Assembly (NCBI GenBank): GCA_963738405.1
Contig: CAVTWJ010000014.1
Span: forward strand, 215,151 to 279,150
DNA: 64,000 nt
Direction of reading: 5' to 3'
Source of the DNA: a candidate division FCPU426 bacterium
Lineage (GTDB): Bacteria; Oederibacteriota; Muellerivitia; Muellerivitales; Muellerivitaceae
The notes under the pieces were generated by a model. It ran no database searches. It saw only the letters and a list, made by a program, of their open reading frames with translations, and was not told the origin of the DNA. How positions within the stretch are numbered: the stretch's first letter is position 1; each line of letters opens with the position of its first letter. The translations under genes were made by a program, and so were the position numbers. Below are positions 58,326-64,000 of the stretch, piece after piece.

Positions 58326-59069
58326 TTATTCCATCAACTTAATCAGCAACATCATCCCCACGCCTACCAAGATGGCGACGAACTGGATGAGAGCCCGGGC
58401 GCTTTTGACGTCCCGATGAAGCTGGGGGACCAGGTCGCTTCCCGCGATATAGATAAAGCCGCCCGCCGTGAGGGGCAGAAGGTACTGAAGAAATCCCGCC
58501 ACCGACCCGCCCACCCACCAGGCCGCAAGGCCGCCCGCGATGGCCGTTAAGGCCGTCAAAAAATTCAGGAACAACGCCGTTTTTTTGGAGAACCCCGATT
58601 TGACCAAAATGCCGAAGTTGCTGAACTCATGGGGAAGCTCATGCAGTAGAACCGCAAGGGTCGAGGCCATCCCCAGCTTCATGCCCGCCAAATAGGAACC
58701 GCCGATCAAGAGCCCGTCGATGAAGTTATGGGCCATATCGGCCCCCAGATTCAGCCAGCCGAAGGGCTGGATTTCCTCATGCTCGTCCGAATGCTGGTGG
58801 CGCCAGTGCAGAAAGTTTTCCAGCATGAAAAAAAGAAGGATGCCCGCGATCACGGTGAGGGAGACTTGCATCGAACGGGAGGGATCCGAAAACGCTTCGG
58901 GTAACAAATGGAGGAACGCGTCCCCAAAAAGGGCGCCTACCGCAAGGGCCACCAACACGAACACCAGAGCGTGAAAGGTCTTATGGCTTAAAGCCAGCAA
59001 GGAAATGCCGATCAGCGAAAGCAGGCTAACCAAAATCACGCTCAACAACATCCAAAGAAAGGGGGTCAT
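58326..59069 (-). CDS. ZIP family metal transporter
   Basis: HLLPEA, HNFIDG, HELPHE, YIAGSDLVP. Confidence 0.92.
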   Translation of the reverse strand: MTPFLWMLLSVILVSLLSLIGISLLALSHKTFHALVFVLVALAVGALFGDAFLHLLPEAFSDPSRSMQVSLTVIAGILLFFMLENFLHWRHQHSDEHEEIQPFGWLNLGADMAHNFIDGLLIGGSYLAGMKLGMASTLAVLLHELPHEFSNFGILVKSGFSKKTALFLNFLTALTAIAGGLAAWWVGGSVAGFLQYLLPLTAGGFIYIAGSDLVPQLHRDVKSARALIQFVAILVGVGMMLLIKLME

Positions 59070-59169
59070 CTATCGAAACCTCGCTCACAAATCATTCTAT
59101 GAAGTTAAATTATAAGAAGAAGAGGAAAAAAGAGGTGAACCGAATCTTACTGGAGGGGCCTAAGCGGCC

Positions 59170-59868
59170 TTATTCGGGGATATAGGAATCCCGGCCCCGT
59201 GAGATGCAAAGGTCAGGGTCCAGGGGCTGGAGAAAAAATGCTGCATCATTTTCGTCAAGATGTGTGTTAATTTCAAAAACTTCGGAATCGCAGGTCCAAT
59301 GTTCACTGGTCCAAAGGGCGAAGGCCTCTTCCGTTTCATGGCGTAATAGTTCTAGGGCCGGGGAGGTCGCGGCCGGGACCGATATCACCACCTGGGCAGG
59401 ATGGCCCCCATCCACCGCCTGGTAGGCGGCCAAAAGGCTTAAGCCCGAATGGGCGGCGTCACTCACCAAAATCACGATCCGGTTGGCGGGTGAAAGGCGT
59501 TCCCGGTGGGGCGTGTAAAGCTTGCGGCGTTCGCTGAGGCTGTGGGACAGTTTGTGTTTTTCCTCTTCCAAAAAATGAAGGGGAACCCACATGGACTCGC
59601 ATCCGGGAGCGTAGGTAAAAAGATCCCCCTCGGCCATGGCGCCGAGCGCGAAATGGGGATTTTCCGGCGAGGCCGCCTTTTCAACTAAAAGCACATCCGC
59701 CTCCCCCTTGAGATAGCGGGCGATCAGGCAGGCCATGGGCACCGCGTCAGGCGACAACCCCAAGACCAAGGGGTTCAAGCCGCGGAAATGAAACAATTTC
59801 TCGCACAGCATCCGGGCCGCCTGGTCCCGGTCCCTAAAAGGAAATTTGGATTTGAGTTTAAGTTTCAT
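59170..59868 (-). CDS. Type I phosphoribosyltransferase-like protein, degenerate
   Basis: FRDRDQAA, PLVLGL; PRPP loop reads VILVSDAAHSG. Confidence 0.7.
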   Translation of the reverse strand: MKLKLKSKFPFRDRDQAARMLCEKLFHFRGLNPLVLGLSPDAVPMACLIARYLKGEADVLLVEKAASPENPHFALGAMAEGDLFTYAPGCESMWVPLHFLEEEKHKLSHSLSERRKLYTPHRERLSPANRIVILVSDAAHSGLSLLAAYQAVDGGHPAQVVISVPAATSPALELLRHETEEAFALWTSEHWTCDSEVFEINTHLDENDAAFFLQPLDPDLCISRGRDSYIPE

Positions 59869-59890
59869 AATTCCTTGATTCCCGTACGGC

Positions 59891-61330
59891 TCAAGCCATC
59901 GCCGTGCCCACCCGGGGGCCCAAAAGAAATTCCACTACTTCCCGGGCCGTGTAAGAATCCTTCCCGGGTTTCAGAAGCTTCAAAATTTTCGGAAGGTCAT
60001 TGCCCGAGGTCACCAGGGGTTTTTCAAGCGATCCGTCTTCCCGAACCTGGCTCAGGCCGATATTGGCCATCAAACCGTTGCAAAGGCATTTGCGCCCCGG
60101 CATTTCGGATTCCTCTCCCGATTTCTGGAGGAAGGTGGCTTCCGGTTCCCCCGGACAGCGGTACCCCGTGGTGCCGTCCTTGCGCCGGTAAAGTCCGCGC
60201 AGGTAGCCCAAGTCGCAGACGCGTTCCCGGCCCAGGTAATCTTGTTCCTGGGAATTGGTTCCCGGCAGGTTCACCACTTTGAAGGGAAAACCCGTGGGGG
60301 AAGCCTTGGCGTCCGTAAACACCTTGGCCCAACCTTCCCGCAAGCCCTCGATCACGTTTTTCTTGATCCAATCGGACAGGCCCGATTCCTCGCAATAGGC
60401 GAAAACCGTGCCGACCTGCAATCCCGCCGCCCCCGCCTTCAGGGCCTCGTCCAATTTGGCCGGGTCCGCCTGGGAGCCCGCCAGCCAAAAGGGCAGTCCC
60501 AGGGCTTTTATTTTTTCCAGGTCCACCTCGTCCTTAACGCCGTAAAGGGGTTCCCCCTGGCCGTCCAATTGAAGCGGACCCCGGGGCGGCGCGTTGTGCC
60601 CGCCCGCGGTGGGCCCTTCCACCACAAAACCATCCACCTTGCCGTTCGATTTTTTCGCGAGCGTGAGCGCCAAAACGTCCGACGCGATGATAGCCAAGAA
60701 CCGGGGCCGGGCCAGCGGGGCGCTGGTGTTCGGGAGGAACTCCTTGGGCCGGAAGGTCATCACGTGCTCTTCCTCGGGCAAGGCGCCCTGAACATAAACT
60801 TTCATGGAAGCTTCCTCGTGTTTGGACAGGGAATCCAAAATGCCAGGTATGGCCCGGGGGATTCCCGCGCCCACCAGGATGTAATCCACGCCCGCCAACA
60901 GCGCCCCATAGAGGGCGGATAAAAGGGGCATTTGAATTTTTTCGAGGAAATTGATGCCCACCTTGCCCGAGTGGCCTTCCTTGGCCAGGTACACTTCCGC
61001 GAAATTGGCGGCCATGTTCAGTTCCACCAGCTCCTTCGGGGGGTTAAGGGAAAACATGGGGAAGGGCTTGTAGGGTTCGGTTTCTTTTTTACCGCCCGGC
61101 AAAAAATACTTTTCCAAGATCCATCGGGCCACCCGGGAATCGGGAAAGGCCGCCAGGGCCCGGCGCATGGCGCCGTCCTCGTCGCCGTTTTGCAGTCGGC
61201 GGGTCAGGATACAGTCCAGCGCGGTTCCCGAAACCACGCCCAATTGTCCGGTTTGGGAAACGGCTCGGGCCAGCACCCAGTTGGATACCCCCGCGCCCAT
61301 TCCCCCTTGAATAATCAACGGTTCCGTCAT
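59891..61330 (-). CDS. Nitronate monooxygenase-like flavoprotein (long form)
   Basis: IIQGGMG, EGPTAGGH, QVGTVF, SPTGFPFK, CDLGYL, CLCNGL. Confidence 0.82.
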   Translation of the reverse strand: MTEPLIIQGGMGAGVSNWVLARAVSQTGQLGVVSGTALDCILTRRLQNGDEDGAMRRALAAFPDSRVARWILEKYFLPGGKKETEPYKPFPMFSLNPPKELVELNMAANFAEVYLAKEGHSGKVGINFLEKIQMPLLSALYGALLAGVDYILVGAGIPRAIPGILDSLSKHEEASMKVYVQGALPEEEHVMTFRPKEFLPNTSAPLARPRFLAIIASDVLALTLAKKSNGKVDGFVVEGPTAGGHNAPPRGPLQLDGQGEPLYGVKDEVDLEKIKALGLPFWLAGSQADPAKLDEALKAGAAGLQVGTVFAYCEESGLSDWIKKNVIEGLREGWAKVFTDAKASPTGFPFKVVNLPGTNSQEQDYLGRERVCDLGYLRGLYRRKDGTTGYRCPGEPEATFLQKSGEESEMPGRKCLCNGLMANIGLSQVREDGSLEKPLVTSGNDLPKILKLLKPGKDSYTAREVVEFLLGPRVGTAMA

Positions 61331-61407
61331 TCCAAACTCCCTCACCATGGTTCATGGATCCCAGGCCGTTCAAAAGCCCCTGTGAATTCACGCCGCCTGT
61401 AGGCGGT

Positions 61408-61920
61408 TTAATTTTTTTTACGGACAAAAAGAACAAACGAATGGCTGTCGGTTTCGGTCCAATCCACCTCGAAGCCGTGGGTGCTCAACTTTTCAGCCAA
61501 ACTTTCCGGCCGGTTCGAAGAAACCACTTTCAACAGCCCGCCCTCCGCGATCGACGGCAGGGACTCCAGCACCTTCAAAAGGGGAAGAGGCGGCTCCATC
61601 CCCCTCACGTCCAATTCCAGCACCAGCGAATCTAAAGGGCCGTCCTTCTTTTTTCGAAAATAGGCGTTCCAAGCCCCTTCCTTCATTTCGGCGTAACTTT
61701 CGTATCCCAGCCGTTCCAGGACGTTCCGATAGGCTTCGGGCGGGTCCGTCAGCACCAGATGAAGGTACTGGCCGGTCTTCAGTTCCCCCAGGGAACGGAC
61801 CACCAAGGGAATAGGGTCCAATTGCTTCACCGTCAAAGGCCGGATATCCAAAAAGTACCCGCAGGAGGGGTTCAGTTGCTCCACCCAGGCGGGACGGGGG
61901 GTCAGGTCGTGCCTTTCCAT
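61408..61920 (-). CDS. Tandem DUF2249/TusA-like domain protein
   Basis: LDIRPL..DP and LDVRGMEPPLPL repeats. Confidence 0.7.
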   Translation of the reverse strand: MERHDLTPRPAWVEQLNPSCGYFLDIRPLTVKQLDPIPLVVRSLGELKTGQYLHLVLTDPPEAYRNVLERLGYESYAEMKEGAWNAYFRKKKDGPLDSLVLELDVRGMEPPLPLLKVLESLPSIAEGGLLKVVSSNRPESLAEKLSTHGFEVDWTETDSHSFVLFVRKKN

Positions 61921-61942
61921 CCGAAACCTCAAATCAGGCCGC

Positions 61943-62677
61943 CTAAACCAAAAGGCCCATTTCCTTCAGCCGGTAAAACAAAATGTTGTTTTCCAGGTGG
62001 ATGTGCTTGTGCAGATCCTCTTCCAGTTCCTTCAAGCCCTGGTAAAGGGCCCGATAAGAGGCGCAGGCGTCCACCGGGGTGGTGTAATCGCGGGTGAGGC
62101 GGTGGATTTCAAGCCATTCCTCGCCGGTCATTCCATGCTCCCAAACCAGCTGGTTGATCGGGTTTTCCTGGAAGACTTCCTTGGGGAATTGTTTCGCCTT
62201 AAGGTCCTTGTTTTGGCTCCTGTCCCAAAGCCGCCGAAGGTAGGGAAAAACCACTTCCTCTTCCTTGGCCAAATGGCCTTCCAACTCCTCCGCCATGGTT
62301 CCCAATAGCCCGTGCAAACGGATTAAATCGGGATAACGGCTGCCGTGCTCCCGGGAGACCTTTTCCGACAGTTTCAAAAGCTTTTGAAGCTGGACCTTCG
62401 TGAAGGTGTGGTGGGTTTGGAGGATATGGTCGATGAGTTCGGGGATGCTCTTCTTGATCCAGGGGGTGGGGGCATCGGGATTGGAGGGAGCATGGCTCAG
62501 AAGCCGTTCCAGCGATTGGACGACCCTTTCCACCGGAATGCCCGCCGCGGCGCAGGCGTCGTCCAGGGAACGCTGTCCGTTACAGCAATAATCGATCTTG
62601 AGGTCCTCAAAGAGGGGAATGGCGGCTTGAATTTGTGAGGCGATGTCCCTCACCGCCCGTTCGGGGCTGACTTTCAT
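61943..62677 (-). CDS. ric: Iron-sulfur cluster repair di-iron protein (Ric/YtfE/ScdA)
   Basis: IDYCCNG, HILQTHH, HLAKEEEVVFP, EH, HKHIHLENNILF. Confidence 0.92.
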   Translation of the reverse strand: MKVSPERAVRDIASQIQAAIPLFEDLKIDYCCNGQRSLDDACAAAGIPVERVVQSLERLLSHAPSNPDAPTPWIKKSIPELIDHILQTHHTFTKVQLQKLLKLSEKVSREHGSRYPDLIRLHGLLGTMAEELEGHLAKEEEVVFPYLRRLWDRSQNKDLKAKQFPKEVFQENPINQLVWEHGMTGEEWLEIHRLTRDYTTPVDACASYRALYQGLKELEEDLHKHIHLENNILFYRLKEMGLLV

Positions 62678-62764
62678 AATGACTCCCCGGCAGGCTTGCC
62701 CGCCGAATTTTGAAGGCTTTGTTGCATTTGCCGTTCAGATTAGGAGTTTCACCGCTGAACCTTC

Positions 62765-62778
62765 ATGACTCAAATCAT
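62765..62778. promoter_or_regulatory. Crp/Fnr-type box upstream of ric
   Basis: ATGACTCAAATCAT about 90 bp upstream of the ric start. Confidence 0.6.
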
Positions 62779-63465
62779 AACGGGGCCATTTCCCCCAAGT
62801 TCCCGCTCTTTTTTCAAAACCTCCTCAAAGTCATCCCCGAGTTTGCAGACGAGGGTTAAATCCCGCCCTTGAAAGTTCAAGGACACCTGGGCGGCGTGGA
62901 GCATGAGCCGGGGCGCCCCGCCCACCGGACGATCCTTGCCGTAAAGGGGGTCGCCCATCACCGGGCAACCCAGATGGTACAGGTGAACCCGAATCTGGTG
63001 CCTTCGTCCGGTCTCCGGTTTCACTTCCAAAAGGGAGGACCTGGAAAAGGTTTGAAGGACCCGGTAGCGGGTCAGGCTGGCTTTTCCCTTCGGGTCCACC
63101 CCCATTCGCCCGGAGCCGAACGCCTTGAGGGAAAATTCGATACGGCCTTCGTCTTGGGCAAGGGTCCCCCAAACCAGGGCCCTATAAATTTTCAGCACTT
63201 CCCGGTTTTCCCATTGCTGGCAGATTTCACGGTGGGTAGGCGCGTCCTTGGCGAAGAGAACCAGCCCGCTGGTTTCCCGGTCCAGCCGGTGGACCACATA
63301 GGCCTTTTTCCCGATTTTTTTTGAGACTGTCTCCACCAGGGGCGGGATTTCGTCCCCGAGGTTTCGGCCAGGGATCACCGCCTGCCCCGCGGGCTTATCG
63401 ACCACGACGAGCCATTCATTTTCAAAAAGAATATTTACCTGAGGGGGAGTGGAGGGGGAAACCAT
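62770..63465 (-). CDS. RluA family pseudouridine synthase
   Basis: DKPAG, HRLDRETSG, TGRRHQIRVH, GDPLYG, LHA. Confidence 0.92.
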   Translation of the reverse strand: MVSPSTPPQVNILFENEWLVVVDKPAGQAVIPGRNLGDEIPPLVETVSKKIGKKAYVVHRLDRETSGLVLFAKDAPTHREICQQWENREVLKIYRALVWGTLAQDEGRIEFSLKAFGSGRMGVDPKGKASLTRYRVLQTFSRSSLLEVKPETGRRHQIRVHLYHLGCPVMGDPLYGKDRPVGGAPRLMLHAAQVSLNFQGRDLTLVCKLGDDFEEVLKKERELGGNGPVMI

Positions 63466-63541
63466 GAAGGCATTAAACCCGATGGGGAGCGTTCCCTTCC
63501 ATCTTTTTGAATCGAAGGAACCCTTTAACTTATGAGCCTTG

Positions 63542-64000
63542 TCATAAATCGAATTCTATAAACCCGATGTCCCTAAAATTCGTCGGAAAGTCGACGCCCT
63601 TCTCTTTGAAAATTATTACTCTCGATCCATAAAGGACGCTCGCCGCGCCAAGCTCGAAAACGACGTTTTCACTCGGACGATAAACAGCTCGGCCCGTTGT
63701 GTCCTCAAACTTTTCGTCGGCGGTGAAGATGATGACGGCGGCCCCGCATTCGTTCATGAGGTCAGCTACCTTTTGCGAGATGGTTGACCTTTGTTTGCTT
63801 CCTCAGTGGCAACCTTATGAGAAAGGTTATATTCGGTCAGGACCTTCACGAGCTGCTGCAAAGGCACCTTGTTCCTGCCGTGGCCGACGAAAATCGCGTT
63901 CTTCGGGGGTACTCTTGATGCATGCCCGTTCCTCGCCCCAGCCACTGCGTGCGAATCCTCGGACGCCACCTCTTCGCTTGAGGCCTCTTCGGATTCCTCG
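63542..64000 (-). pseudogene. TIR-like nucleotide-binding domain (CAP12/Pycsar type), frameshifted; 5' part outside the window
   Basis: IFVGHG...EEANKGQ(P) then a frame change to ISQKVADLMNECGAAVIIFTADE..SENVVFELG; one base missing near 63782. Confidence 0.75.

Overview
Bacterial chromosomal window, mostly GC-rich housekeeping and stress genes. In order: a PL4 lyase/GH127 pair, metH, a tRNA-Arg/tadA/tRNA-Ala/tRNA-Ser/ffs/dnaX/ybaB/recR cluster, then an accessory region downstream of tRNA-Asn (~17.4-26 kb), an ArsR-SRPBCC-DoxX-VOC operon, two-component genes, and a large microaerobic/nitrosative-stress region (Crp/Fnr regulator, Pat acetyltransferase, VIT1, cytochrome c, hemerythrin, A1-type heme-copper oxidase, ric). 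The accessory region holds a DUF5678/retropepsin pair, two apparently identical, oppositely oriented IS3-family copies flanking an AT-rich orphan gene, and a 671-aa HTH-TM-PDZ protein preceded by a 9-unit, 21/22-bp-period repeat array. The most interesting signals are: (1) that array plus the membrane-anchored ParB-HTH-like protein; (2) a TA module sitting between two synonymously diverged copies of a ZIP gene 3' end; (3) a structured element that re-creates tRNA 3' ends behind two different tRNAs; (4) six WTGA-N6-TCAT boxes outlining a Crp/Fnr regulon; (5) a histidine kinase lacking its phospho-acceptor His. All family assignments are from motif recognition by eye; no database searches were run.
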